Shown here piece after piece: positions 11,541-24,970 of a DNA stretch of 64,000 nt. The stretch is taken from assembly GCF_018977255.1 (NCBI RefSeq), contig NW_024704742.1:94366001-94430000 (forward strand), in the 5' to 3' direction. The translations under genes were made by a program, and so were the position numbers. The stretch comes from Callorhinchus milii (lineage: Eukaryota). Position 1 is the first letter of the stretch; each line of letters opens with the position of its first letter. The notes below the pieces were generated by a model, which saw nothing but the letters and a program-made list of their open reading frames with translations, searched no databases and was not told the origin of the DNA.

Positions 11541-13148
11541 AGTTGACCCCTTATTCCTCCACAGAGAGTTGGCTGACATCAGCCGCAAGGTTTGAGGTGC
11601 AGGGTGTCCACATTAATTCAATTCTACAAAAATCAATGTTCCTCCACATAACTGGGCTGCAGTTGATTTGTTTCAACCTCTGAGGGGGAAATTTTACAGA
11701 AGGGTCTTTTGTTTGTCAAAAAAACTGTAATTGAAATGCAATTAAAATCTTGGAAGCACAACCTTAGTCAGCCCGAGATTAAACAGTGAGTTTATCAGGT
11801 TTAACACAACTGACTTCTTAGTGAAACTGGGTCAGGCAGGCGGGGAGCACGAAGCCAGGCTCAGGTTCCATTCTCCCCACCAGGATCCAAGCTGAAAGGG
11901 TTGGCAAAAGAAGATTCATGTTCCTTTCCCTACGGATTATCCAATCATACTCCTCTGGGTCATAACAGACTCGGATTTACTATTTTATCAGGGGAATTCT
12001 TTTGAGTGCCACGGTACTGACACTAATGCAAAACTATTCATAATAATAATACTACTTACATTTGGTATAGCGCCTTTCACATTGAGAGGACGTCTCAAAG
12101 CACTTCACTTTAAAGATTTACTGTAGAGTGGAGTGACTATTTTGCAAGCGAATGTCATATCGAAATAAAACACAAATTGGAACCTTTACGGTTAACTCAT
12201 TAGTCAACACAATACCAAGCACAATATCTGTCAATGCATTTGCATGCTGCCATTCACAGCAGGTAAACCAGGCTTCAATAAGAAACTCAGATATTCAAAT
12301 TGTATTTAAAGACACTAATACAGCAAAGCCTCTCAAAATAAAGACTTTTATAGCTGCTTTTATTTCATGGTCAGAAATGAGAGCTAAAAATGTAAGTCAT
12401 CTGGTTTTAAATATTTACTGTTTTTCTGTCACGTGCTGACTGTGAGGTTTGATCATCTCAAGTATAATCTCAGGATCTAAGTTACATTTGAGGTATCAGA
12501 TAAGACCTGAACTACATACAACTGCCAGCAGTTTATCCAGTGAGCAGCCGAGATCTTGGGTTCAAGTCAGGATCCTCTACTGAGTTAGGACCGCACATTG
12601 TGGAAGAAACTCTACCAATCCCTGTCTCAAAAATGAAGTAGAAAATGGGATGGGGGTGGGGGGTGGTGGGACAGAGAAGAAAACAACAAATTGCATTTAT
12701 ATAGCGCCTTTCACATTGGGAGTATGTCCCAAGGCACTGGACAGTCGAGAGTTTGCACTCGAGCTGGGGATTGGAGTCAAGAGGGGTGAAGGGCGAGGGG
12801 GTGGAGGTGGGAGAAAAGCTTGCAGTAGTTGTACACCCAAAATGCACATAATTTGAGTACAGAATACACAGTCACTACACTTTACAGTAAATCCTGTGAA
12901 ATGCTTTGAGACGGCCTCTCGACGAGAAAGGCACTATATCAAATGCAAGGATTATTATTAATATTTCACTCTAAAGGTTAACAATGTGGCAGTGAAGCCA
13001 TCTGTCTAAGTGGCTAGTTTACTGCAGTATTAGTATTTGTAGTGTCACGATGAGCAAGATGAAAAGTATGCAAAACCCACCGGCCCCCAGAGACTCAGCC
13101 TAACCAAGCGAGTGTTAAAGTAGAAATCTGAAACGACAATGGACTTAC

Positions 13149-13346
13149 CTTATTAGGCACATCAAGGCTGCAATTAGCATCACAGAGAGCCATAACAATA
13201 GCCATGTTGCCATCTTTGCAAGCCACGTGGAGAGCAGTATTTCCCAGTCGATCTTGTGCATCCATGAAGCATCCTTGACTTAGAAGGTACCTCACTACAT
13301 CGATTTGACACCTCCGAACTGCTAGATGCAGGGCTGTGTGACCGTC
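13149..13346 (-). CDS. DAPK1: DAPK1 exon 17-equivalent: two ankyrin repeats
   Basis: DGHTALHLAVRRCQIDVVRYLLSQGCFMDAQDRLGNTALHVACKDGNMAIVMALCDANCSLDVPNK; acceptor tttcag, donor gtaagt; 198 nt. Confidence 0.96.
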
Positions 13347-13434
13347 CTGAAATATAAATCCACAAGTTTCATATTTACAGTTTTCTGACAGCGCACAGTG
13401 TGCACTGATAGCTGAAAAGGGAAGAGTTAACACA

Positions 13435-13586
13435 GAAAACTATTTAGAAAATTATTTGGGGAGGACAAGTTTGCAGGGCTATGGGGAAAGCGTGGGGGAG
13501 TGGGATTGAATTGAATAGCTCTTTTCAAAGAGCCGGCACAAATACAATGGGCCGAATGGCCTCCTTCTGTGCTGTATAATTCTATG
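13435..13586 (+). mobile_element. CR1 3' UTR fragment
   Basis: gggctatggggaaag...atgggccgaatggcctccttctgtgctgtataattctatg, the same tail as 14499-14640 in the opposite orientation. Confidence 0.8.
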
Positions 13587-14498
13587 TTTGTATGAGAAAA
13601 GGCCACCTCTTTCTGAAAGGGGATGAATGTGGGCCAATTCCATAAAATATCGCAAAGACAAATTCTGTCAATGCCACATCTCCACCATTTCTGAGAAGGA
13701 CGATACCCTTGTGTGTCTGTGTTTAATAAAGAGTAATCGCTTCTGCACTCTTTCATCAACTCTTTTATCAACACCACACACATCACAAGCGATGCCCCCA
13801 GCACAGCAGCTGCCCGATTCTTCCAAACTTGTCACAACTGCTGCATGTTAAAATCCAACATATCGCCTTGGGATCAGTGCTAAGTAGCACCATGATATTC
13901 TAATAGGATTCTATGCCGCCTGACAATATCTTGTGGATTGCTAAATGTTTAGGAAATTCTAAAGCAAATGCCCCTGAAACAATGCCCCACACACAATTCC
14001 AGAAATGCTCCAATTCTTACAAAGGTATTAGCTTCTACCAGATTGTGTTCAACAGTTCCAAAATGGCAGCGTTATCTGTGTCACTCTTTGCCCCTCCCCT
14101 CCTGAAATCATTGTCGTTGACCCACACCAACTCCCTAGCCCCAGTTTCGGCCCTCAGGACTGGTAGTAACAAGCTCTTACACTCAACCCCAATTTCAGCC
14201 TTGCTGCTGGCAGCGACTAAAATAGGGAAATGGTGCACAGGTGTCGATAACCCTCTGGCACCTCACTGAATGCCCATTCTTCATATTAAACTAGCACAAT
14301 AAGCGCTGGAGAGCTGCGGAGGGCATCACAGTGAACTCCATCCTGCCGTTCCTTCCACATTCAATATCCACGTTTGAAGATTGGATCAGAGGCCTTCATG
14401 ATTAATCTGTTCGACACTGCGTTAAAATGCACTCATCAGTGAAACAGTAGCATTAAGTGATACTTTGAATGTAATGTGATTCTCCTGTTGGGGAATAA

Positions 14499-14958
14499 TA
14501 GAATTATACAGCACAGAAGGAGGTCATTCGGCCCATCGTGTCTGTGCCTGCTCTTTGTAAAGCGCTATCCAAATCAATCCCACTCCCCCGCTCTCTCCCC
14601 ATAGCTCTGCAAACTTTTCCTCCCCAAATAATTATCTACTTCTCTCTTAAAAGTTGTTATGAAATCGGCTTCCACCACCCTTTCAGGCAATACATTCCAG
14701 ATCTGAACAACTCGCTGTGTGAAAACATTTCTCCTCACCTCCTCTATGTTTCTTTTAACAACTATTTTAAATCGGTGTCCTCGGGTTACCGACTCACCCG
14801 CCAGTGGAAATAGTTTCTCCTTGTTCACCCTATCGAATTCCTTCATGATTTTAAAAACTTCTATTAAGTCTCCTCTTAACCTTCTCTGCTCCAAGGAGAA
14901 TAATCCTAGCTTCTCCAGCCTCTCCTGATAACTGAAGTGCCTCATTCCTGGTACCAGT
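14499..14958 (-). mobile_element. CR1-clade LINE 3' fragment
   Basis: SYQERLEKLGLFSLEQRRLRGDLIEVFKIMK...TRGHRFK...FTQRVVQIWNVLP; 3' UTR gatgggccgaatgacctccttctgtgctgta. Confidence 0.92.
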
Positions 14959-16023
14959 AATCCTTGTACTAAAAGCCAGAGATCGTCTCCGATGTGATAT
15001 TGGAACAAAGCAGTATACCTGGGGATCAGCATAATAGATGGAGCAGATTCACTCTATGTTCTGAGGTGCTTTTCCGAGCACTAAGCGCCACTCAACCTGC
15101 CATTTTCCTGACAAGAATCTTTCAAAACCCAAAACATTAAACTGACCCACTGAGAAGCCCTTAATTTATTCAGCATCCGGGTAGCAAAAGAAAATGTCTG
15201 CTTTGCTATCTTTTACTACCAACAGTTTCTCGCTCCTGAGGTAAATACTGCAAGGATTTTCAGAACGTCTCTACCTTAAAACAAAAGTGGAGCAAATCTT
15301 TCTGTGCCTGATCTCTTTTCTTTTCCCAGAGATTTGGCACGCCCCCTATGCTGCCTCACTCGTTTTGCAATTTCAAAATCAATCAAAAGCATTTCTGCTT
15401 CTTGTGGAATTTGCTGTAGGATTGCGGCAAGCATTGTTTCGGGAGTTGTACAGAAAGAAATGCAGGTATGCAATTCATGATAAATTAACAAAGAATCTAG
15501 TTCCGTAAGTGCTGCCTTGCACTGCTCCTTTTCTGAAAAGCTGTCTCTTTGTACTCCCAAGTATTTGGTGGCGAGAGCAGCAACTAACCAACTGTATGCA
15601 GTAGGTATAGCTATTGGAAGCAACAAAGATATACGTTGCATCACTATTGTATTCTAGGGGAGAGCTGAGGCCATTGTGTTCTATAATATACCATTGTATT
15701 CCAGGGTAGATTGAGCTTGAAAATCAGTGGCATCCGTGAGTCATACACTCGATCCTTTCCACCAGTCAAAAATAGAACAATGTGACCAAGACCCGCTTCT
15801 CGACAACCCTCAAACAAAACATGTACTAACCACCCAGGGCACCTGAGGAAGGAAATTGGGGTTACCGCTGGGAATTACTGCTATGTCCTTGGCTTTATTT
15901 ACACAATATTTTTTTTTAAAAATCGCAGGAGTGAGTGATAGTGAAATTAATTCCTAACCAATTCCAGGTATTAGCTCTGTATTCAGTAGCACTAACACAT
16001 GCAACCACAGAAGCACTCACACA

Positions 16024-16030
<7 letters not shown>

Positions 16031-16084
<54 letters not shown>
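16031..16084. repeat. (CA)27 microsatellite
   Basis: Uninterrupted CA run. Confidence 0.97.
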
Positions 16085-16088
<4 letters not shown>

Positions 16089-16169
16089 CCATAGCCACCG
16101 AACGCAAGTGATCAGTAACCTGAGGCTGCAAAGAGAAACATTTAGTGTTTCCCGGGCCTGACCACTGAC

Positions 16170-16367
16170 CGTGTCGACGTCATCCATGTTGGCACCGTGT
16201 TCCATCAAACATTCCACGATGTCCACATAACCTCTGGCCGCTGCACTCAGGAGGGGAGCCTCTCCTTCCTTGTTTTTAACATAAATGTTGCAGCCGGTTT
16301 CACAAAGCACTTTGGCTACGGTGTAATAGCCGTGCCACGCCGCACAGTGCAAAGGGGTTTCTTGGTC
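16170..16367 (-). CDS. DAPK1: DAPK1 exon 16-equivalent: two ankyrin repeats
   Basis: DQETPLHCAAWHGYYTVAKVLCETGCNIYVKNKEGEAPLLSAAARGYVDIVECLMEHGANMDDVDT; acceptor aatcag, donor gtcagt; 198 nt. Confidence 0.96.
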
Positions 16368-17369
16368 CTGATTTGAAAAGGAAAAACAAAAAAAGACAAT
16401 TTGCAGCATTCGCAACATGGTGACCCACAGCAAAAGTGAGTGAAAGAAAGATCTTATTCTGAGCAGTGAAGCTATTGGGACTTAAGAGGTAAGTACATTT
16501 TTCACGTGTCAGCATAGTTGCTCTATTTCCAGCAATGCATTGCGGCAGGAATTTCCATGTATTCTCTGTCTAAATAAAATCTACACTGAATGAAAGAGGA
16601 GAAACCAGAGAGTTTAGATTATTTTACAGCACCTGTAAGACTGAAACATTCCTAAAGGCCTTCACAGTTGTTACAGTCATGAGCAAGTGTCTTTTTTTGG
16701 GGAAAGAAACTTTCAAACTCAACCTGGTAGGATACAGTGTGTTAGTGCCTGCAGGTCCAGCTATAAAAGATTCTGTGCTTAGTTTTTCAGTCTGAATTGG
16801 TGAATTTTAGAACCATTTAAACCGTCGTACTCAAATACCAATAGCTCCACTAAAACCATTCAGCAAATCATAACTCAAACTGCAGCTTCAGTGCTTTGCA
16901 GCCTAATATTAATACCTGACCTTGCAATCAAGGGTGTTATTCACCTCTACAGGAACTGGTGTTTGTTAGGGCCCTGTTTAATAGCTATTGGGTACTTCAT
17001 TCAAGTGAACATTCTTCACGTGTCAGGCTGGAAAATTGCTGTATTTCCAGGCTTTTGTTTGAGGGAGGCGTCACAGCCGAGGCTGAGCCTGTCCTCACCC
17101 ACACTTTGTTTCCCCCTATTTCCACGCCTTCCATCTTCCTCTGTGTCCCACATCGGCCAACCTAAAGCACTCCTATGTGAAAGACATTGTATAAGTCCAT
17201 GCTAAGAAATATTAGCAGCAGGAACCCTGGGTCATTCTTCCACAAAGTGACCAACTCTAGTGCTCCAGTGCTGACCTGGCTAAGATCTTGAGTTTACATC
17301 TTACTCAGGTTGTATAGCGTATGGCCATCTGGATACTGCGTACAGGTCATCGTGACATAAGGGGTTTGC

Positions 17370-17790
17370 CCAGGCCTTAGAGGCAGTGCAGAACAATAAG
17401 TATGTGTTAGAGGAATCAGCTACAAGCAAGGATTAGACAAGCTAGGGCTCTTCCACCTTCAGAGAAGACAACTCAGGGGTGATCTCATAGAGGTGCATGG
17501 CATTTTAAATGGGATTGAAAAGTAAACCCAGATCAATAGTTTGCAATGCAACAAGACAATAGAACAAGGGGACATGGGTTTAGAGTTGTGATGGGCAATT
17601 CCGGACAGACACTGGGGAGTTTTACTTTACTCAGAGGGTAATCAATGACTGCAACAAGGTGCCATGAAGGCCAAGACACTGGATTATTTAACGCAGCTTG
17701 ATGCTGTGATGCGACAACATTAGGGAAGGGGAAATAAGATCAGTTGGGATGAAGGGACTTCTTCATCAAAAACAATCTTGTGTTAGAATA
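17370..17790 (+). mobile_element. Highly decayed CR1 3' fragment
   Basis: agagaagacaactcaggggtgatctcatagaggtg (RRQLRGDLIEV), acaaggggacat (TRGH) and tttactcagagggta (FTQRV). Confidence 0.7.
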
Positions 17791-19149
17791 CTGTAGGATC
17801 TGACTTAAAGGAATCAAAGATCCACTAGCTCTCTCATCTCTTCTCTCCTACACAAACACATACAAAATAATGACCACTTTGTGTGCTGTGCAATCAGGCT
17901 CACTGTTCGTTCCAATTGCAAGAAATCTTGAAATATTAATGAAGTCACTTTGCTCCTGTATTTCAGGCATTCATACCATGCCTTTTGCTTCCTTTTTTTA
18001 AAATCACAACTCAGTGGTGCCAACATTATCTTTTTTTTAAGAAGAACATATACAAGTCAGAATTTAAAAGACAAGAGTCAGTGGCTCCCTGAAGGCTCTG
18101 TTGATAAAGCTGCTGCCTTGTAAAACACTGAATCCAAAGTCTATGCTGAAGTGAAAATCTCAGGGCACTATATTGTGCTGGACTGTTACGCTACATTAAC
18201 CTGCAGGCAGTGGCTCTCTAGGATCAAACATAAATAAATCACACGGTCGAAGTACTGCATCACAGCAAGACTTACTGGCTTCAAGGGAAGCCAGAAAATT
18301 AGGGAGTGAATGCCGCAGCTCACGAAAACATTCAGTGCTGTAGAATAAATGTTACACTGAAATGCTTTAGAAAGATATTCCAACCTGCCCACACACATCT
18401 GCGTCGCAACTGTTCATGAATAGCACGATTGTGACTTCTGAAACTGCATTATTTATGCTCCATTCAGTATTGCACAATGTTAAGGGTCTTCGCTAACACT
18501 CTTGGAACTTTATTTAGCCCCAAACGGGTAAGAAAAATAACAAGTTTTTCCTAGAGATGGGTTTACAATGATCAAATTCAAGCAGTACAAGTTTACATTT
18601 GTACAGGAAGTCCCAAGACGTTCGACAGTCCTGGCTTGGACTGGCCCTGGGTGGGAGGGGGGGGCGAGGGAAAGATAACCGAAGGCGTTAAAATAATTTT
18701 CTTAATTATTAAAAATGACTACACAGAATTGTACTCAATACTAAAAATGAGCGAAAAACACAATGTTTCATAACTGATTTGAGCCGATACGAATCTGTTA
18801 CAAAACACTACGTAGATCACATTTTTCACCTTGTAACTTTTAGATCAGACCAGGTCATCCTTCAAAGTTGTACTTTGAAGCAAGTTTCTTCTTAATATAC
18901 GGTGTGTGGGTGTGTATAAAAAATCTGACTTCCTCATTCTCTCTTCACCCCTTCTCGTTTCAGTTATGGGTGCAGTGCACCCAGATCCACCGGGGAGCTT
19001 GAACGGGATTTTGGTTCTCTGCTTTCTCTCTTACACCACTCGCCAACCCCAGCTCAGAACTCACTGATATGTGCAGCGTATGATTACACGGACACCAATG
19101 ATTATCCACAATACCCATGGCCTATCCGCTCTTCATATGTGGATTTACA

Positions 19150-19388
19150 ATATCATCAAAATGTCTCAAAAGGCTTCACAGGATTTACTGTAAAGTGTGA
19201 CTGTCTACTTGCAGGCGAATGTGGCAGTCAATTTGCAAACAGCAATATCCCACAGACAGCCATGAAGCGAGTGACCAATTTTACCCGGGAATTATTGTCC
19301 AGGACACTGGAAGCAATTACGTTCTCTTTTCGAGTAATGCCATGGGATCTTTAATGTCCAACTGATCAGGCAGACGGGATCTTGGTTT
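19150..19388 (-). mobile_element. Partial Deu-SINE, probable local duplicate of 20254-20492
   Basis: Shares private variants with the neighbouring copy. Confidence 0.8.
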
Positions 19389-20055
19389 GGACATAGCTAA
19401 CATTCCATTTTTAGCAGTTTCTTATTTCATACCAGGATTTGCTACAGTAAAAATTCTTTGTAGAAAGGGGCTGGGGTAATTTGTTTTGCTTTGCTAGCTG
19501 GGCTAGTGTTGCAGTGGTTTCTGGAAGGTATGTGATAATAGCTTGCAGTGAACTGCATTTAATTTACTTTATGGGCAAGGAAACACTTGCCCTCCTTTTG
19601 GCAAACTTCCTTCCTGATAGGTTATGGACAAAAATGCAACTTTACTATGTCGGGATTAGCCAGGAGAAATCCCCTTCTCTCTTCAGATTGTGCCCTGGGG
19701 ATCTGAACAGGAAGAGAAACTGTAGCTGCAGGATGCAATGCAGGGTTTTTCCAAAGAAAGCCATCTTCTCTTCCACACAATCTTTGAGCATAAATTACTA
19801 ATAAAAATAGTAACAATCCTTACATTTGATATAGTGGCCATCACTTCAGGAGGACGTCTCAAAGCGTTTCACTATATAAAGTGTAGTAGTGACTGTGTAG
19901 TTTCTAGGCAAACCTGGCAGCCAATTTTTCGTTATGTATAGAACTATGACCACAGATACCCCAAAGCATCTTTCTATCATTTTTTTCGAGTGCCGGTTCA
20001 TTTCAAAAGCCACCATCAATGCTGTAGATCTCGTTTATATTAAAATGAAGCTTAC

Positions 20056-20154
20056 CCTGTCTTGAAGGTTTGGATTGGCTCCGATGGTGCAGAGATACTG
20101 CACCACTTCCATATTGCCGTAGCGGGCTGCTACGTGCAGGGCTGTCTCTCCGGA
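20056..20154 (-). CDS. DAPK1: DAPK1 exon 15-equivalent: ankyrin repeat
   Basis: SGETALHVAARYGNMEVVQYLCTIGANPNLQDR; acceptor ctgcag, donor gtaagc; 99 nt. Confidence 0.96.
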
Positions 20155-20222
20155 CTGCAGTGAAATGGAAAGGTAAAGATAAAAGTTGGCAAATTGAAAT
20201 ATGCTCCAGTAACAGCACATTT

Positions 20223-20647
20223 AATAATACTTGCATTTGATATAGTGCCTATCATATTGTCAAAATGTCTCAAAAGGCTTCACAGGATTTACTGCAAAGT
20301 GTGACTGACTATTTGTAGGCGAATGTGGCAGCCAATTTGCAAACATCAATGACCCACAGACAGCCATGAAACAAGTGACCAATTTTACCCAGAAATGATT
20401 GTCCAGGACACTGGAAGCAATCACGTTCTCTTTTCGGGTAATGCCATGGGATCTTTAAAGTCCACCTGATCAGGCAGACGGGATCTCGGTTTAACAGCTC
20501 ATCCGAAGGATGCCACCTCAGATAATGCAGCGCACCCCAGCGCTGTACTAGAATGTCAGCCTAGTCTGTAAGCTCAAAGGCCTGACATGAGGCTTGAAAA
20601 CACAACCTTCTGATTCGGCGAAGAGATCTACCAACTGAGCCAGGCTG
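20223..20647 (-). mobile_element. Deu-domain SINE (SacSINE1/AmnSINE1-like), near full length
   Basis: tRNA-like head ctggctcagttggtag; Deu-like core ttcggatgagctgttaaaccgagatcccgtctgcctgatcaggtggactttaaagatcccatggca; L2-like tail. Family name assigned from memory of the consensus. Confidence 0.8.
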
Positions 20648-23017
20648 ACACCTTAAATGCTTCTCCTTAAAAATCACACTGTGCAAAAGATGCAATACTT
20701 ACAATGACCTTTTTGTATATATTATTTTGCTTAAATGATTGGAGAAAAAGTCTTAAAAACCTCAACATCAAGTTGAGGCAAATAAGTCATGTTAGTCAAA
20801 GAAAGATGCATTAAACAGCAGCTCTCTTTAAGGTAGCTGAATCCTTAAAATAGCAAAGTAAAGATATTCAAGAACATGAAATTGGAGGGTCACCTGGAAT
20901 GACAAAAGTCACAGGAATTTCTCAAAGGGGAAGTTCCCAACAGTCAGTCCAGATCTTGGTGGTATGTGGAGGGTGTGAGAATGAACAATATCAAAGTAAA
21001 GATGTTCAAGAACATGAAATCCTGCATAATATGCTGCTGTTTTCCAGGGAAGAGACGAAAAGAAAAATCCACCAAATGCAGAGCGATACAATACAATTTA
21101 CATTTATATAGTGCATTGGGAGGACATCTCAATGCGCTTATTATCCAGCATCCTGCACACCAACACTCAGGAGACTGAAAAATTCAAATAGTTTTCAGAT
21201 TGCAATTGCTGACAGGTCACGAGTATGTGTGCTTGTGCCCTTTTCTTATCTCAAATTTATTGTACGGTGCAGCAACTCACTCATCCTTGCATCCTGTAAC
21301 ATCTCTGATCACAGAGCAGGGCAGGAATTATAGTGCCTAAAAATATCAGTCCAGGATATTCTGCAGGTTTCCCTTTGTCAAGATAAATTATAGAATTAAA
21401 TGCATGAAACTAATAAATCTTTATGACTAAACACTTAAATTGGGTACCATTTGGTACAACTTCACAGCTATTCTACATCAGCAACGTCCCTTAAATAAAA
21501 ATGAGATGAGCAGCCAATTCACTTGAGTTTGGGAGTAAATTTGGATTAGGAGGGGAATAGAAGACAGAACAACTGGGAGAAAGGCTCGCTTCTTTGAAGT
21601 AGCAGTGCCATGGCAGCCCCTTTGCATTCACCTGAATCACAAGGCAGAATGAGACTAACACTGTTCACATAATCAGAGAAGCAGAATGATCGTCTGGAAA
21701 TAATCAAATTGCATGCAATGGAATGTAAATCCTTGTATTTGATTATAGCGCCTTTCACTTTGGGAGGACATCTTTTTGAAGCACTTCACAGGATTTATTG
21801 CAAACTGCAATGACTATTTTGCTGGCAAATGCAGAGTCAATTTGCACACAGCAATGTTCTCCCAAATAGCCATGAAGTGAATGACCGATTTTATCTTAAT
21901 ATAAAAAGCTGCTAAGTAGGCAAACACAGAAACTATGATTGATGAATGCTTCTCTGGATAACGAACATATGAAATAAACAAAGATGTAAAAACAACATGG
22001 GAAACACTATAAACTTATTAAAAATTCACTAGGGCACGACACAGATCTTTCAGCTCAGTTTCTTGTAGCACTGTTATTAATGCCTGGTTACATTCTCGCT
22101 CTGTGCCAATAAATCACGAGTCAGCATCTGTTCTCACAGGAGTTAGAGCTTCTCACAATTTCCAATGTGCTCGTCTGTAAATCTGTATTGAACAATCGGA
22201 TCAGCTACAGATTTTACTAATACATTATTCCACGCGATGTCTTCCGTTTATTTACTCTGAACCTCCAGACTTCGAGCTATTCTTCTGTCACAGTTCTCAC
22301 ATAGGGAATTCTTGGAAACAGCGACGCGATGATAGGACCCCTAGTGTTAACAACAGGGTCTTAGCACGTGGACTGGCAGCAGGTACGAGGAGTTTTCCAC
22401 CACCGCAGGCCAACTATTTGCGCTTAGTTTCCCGCTCACGCGCTGCAATGCTGAAACAAGTGCTAATATTATAGCAACAGTGTGGTTTTTCGAATGTCAG
22501 ACGTCACTAGATTATTCCAATGTTAGCTCTGAACTATAAGCCTGGAAACTAATAAAAACATAAAAGTTTGAGCACTTCAATTCTGTTTGTTCCCACGCCT
22601 CTATTCTCTCTCTTTCTTGTATGTCCTTTTCAATGTTTTAAAGACTAACTCTCGTGATTACCCAGTGGCTGGGCACGACACACTGTAAGGTATTACAGTA
22701 GAGCAGCATTGCAACAGGGAAGATAGTTGCAGCTTCACTTTAGTCTGATTTCAGTTGAGGCAAAAATTGATCAACACACGTCTGGCTAGCAAGGGGAAGA
22801 AATCATCCTCGGCTCGCACTCTTGATCACTATTCCGAGGATCTGCGCTGTATTGAGCATTGATGTTGGGCAGTTTTCATCTCCTACACAATTAAATACTA
22901 GCATGCACTGTTTTAGCTCACATTTGAGCAAGTTACTGAAGATGTTTCAAGCTGTTGAATTGTTTCTCAAGGCTCAGGATCTTTAGTATTTTCATTTAAG
23001 AAACAGCTTGATGCTGT

Positions 23018-24580
23018 AGTGATGAAACTGACCACCTGCTCCCTCGACCCCATGCCTACACCTCTCCTTACCTCCCAGCTGCACCTCCTTGACCCTCTAC
23101 TCTCAGACATCATAAACCTCTCCTTATCCACTGGTACCGTTCCCACCCCTTTAAAAACATACGTCATCACTCCTATCCTTAAAAAACCCTCACTGGACCC
23201 ATTCCTGCTCTCAAACTACCACTCCATCTCCAACCTCCCTTCCTATGTCCTGAAACGAGTCATTGCTTCCCAGCTTCACTTCTTCCTCTCCCACCACACC
23301 CTTCACAAACCCCTTTAATCAAGTTTCTGTGCCGCCCATAGCACAGAAACAGCTTTAGTCAAAGTAACAAATGACATTTTGTCCATCCGCGATCCTCTAC
23401 CTCCTCGTCCTCCTTGACCTCTCCACCGCCTTTGATACCATTGACCACTCTACACTCACCTCAAACCTTCAAGGGTCCGTCCTTGACTTCTCACACTGTC
23501 TCCACTTCATCTCCACAAACGGTTTCTCCTCTATTCCCTCACCGTCTTGTGCGGCGTTCCTTAAGGGCTCTGTTCTTGGTCCCCTCCTCTTCAATACCTA
23601 CATGCTCCCTCTGGATGACGTCATCCGCAGACATCGGGTCAACATGTATGCAGATGACACCCAACTGTATCTCTTTGCCTCCACCCTTGACTCCAGGACC
23701 ACTGCTGTCCTGATAGGATATCTCTCAGACATCAAGTTCTGGATGAGAGCCAACTTTCTAAAGTTGAATGTCAACAAGACCAAGGCTCTCCTGATTGGCT
23801 CCCGTCAGCACCTCCACACCTCAGGTGCTGACAGCATCACCATCCATGGTTGCACACTCCACCTTGCTAAGCCAGTCCAGAACCTTGGGGTCTTGTTTGG
23901 CCCTCAACTATCCTTTCTACCCCACATCCATGCCGTGACCTGCTCTGCCTTTCCCCACCTCCGCAACATCACGCGATTTCGCCACTGTCTCACACCGCAG
24001 GCCACCAAGACCCTCATACATGAATTCATAACACCCAGGCTCGACTATGCAAACTCCCTGCTTGTCAGCTTCCCTAACTGCTCCCTCCATAGGCTGCAGA
24101 TCATTCAGAACTCTGCAGCCAGTGTCCTCTCCCGCACCAGCCTCCGCAATCCTATCAACCCCATCCTCGCCCGACTCCACTGGCTTCCCATCACAGAGGA
24201 TACAATTCAAGATCCTGGTCCTCATCTTCAAAGCCCTCCATCGCTTTGCTTCCCCCTACCTCTGCGATCTCCTAACACCCTACCAACTTGCCCACTCCTT
24301 CCGCTCAGCACGCTTCATGTCCCCCGTCTTGCCCGCCCCTTGGCGGGAGGGCCTTCTGCCACTCTGACCACAGCCTATGGAACCCCATCCTGCAGTCCCT
24401 CCGCCTCACACCCTCCCTTGCCTCCTTCAAGACTCTCCTCTTCGACCATGCCTTTGATCACCCTCCTTCCCTCCACGATCCCAAATCTCATATCAAGTCT
24501 GAAACACTGATTGTCCAGTGGCTTGGGATGTCTTCCAGACATGAAAGGTGCTGTACAAATGTAATTTTGTTGTCGTTGTT
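23018..24580 (+). mobile_element. L2-clade LINE, 5'-truncated and degenerate
   Basis: RT motifs LLDLSTAFDTIDH, GSVLGPLLF, YADDTQLY and LHWLP, with stops and frameshifts; TTG-type tail; same family as 34640-36417. Confidence 0.92.
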
Positions 24581-24970
24581 GTAGTGCGAGGATGATAAGG
24601 AGGATATTCTGGAAGGATGAGATCAGATGGGCTGAAGAGCCTTCTTCAGCCAAATCTCTCACGTCATCCTATTCATAGAATCATAGTTTGCAACAGCACT
24701 GAAGCAAAGTGTGCCCTGGTGGTTTCCTTCACAGGAGTCATTCTAACCCCATTCTTCTACTTGCATAACTTATGGACTTTGTTTCAACAATGGCGGAGGA
24801 AAAGGGAAAAAAAACACCTCCTGAATTTTTAAAACCTAATCTAAACCACTTTAATTTTTTTGAAATTTAAAATTACGTTTGACCCTTGTTTGTTTATAGA
24901 AACCAAAATATACACAAAACTACTTCTCCAAACACAGCTCTCATTTGTAAACTGATTTCACAATCTAATA

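Noticed and set aside
23371..24510. 379-aa ORF
   Set aside because: Chimeric reading of a frameshifted L2 fragment.
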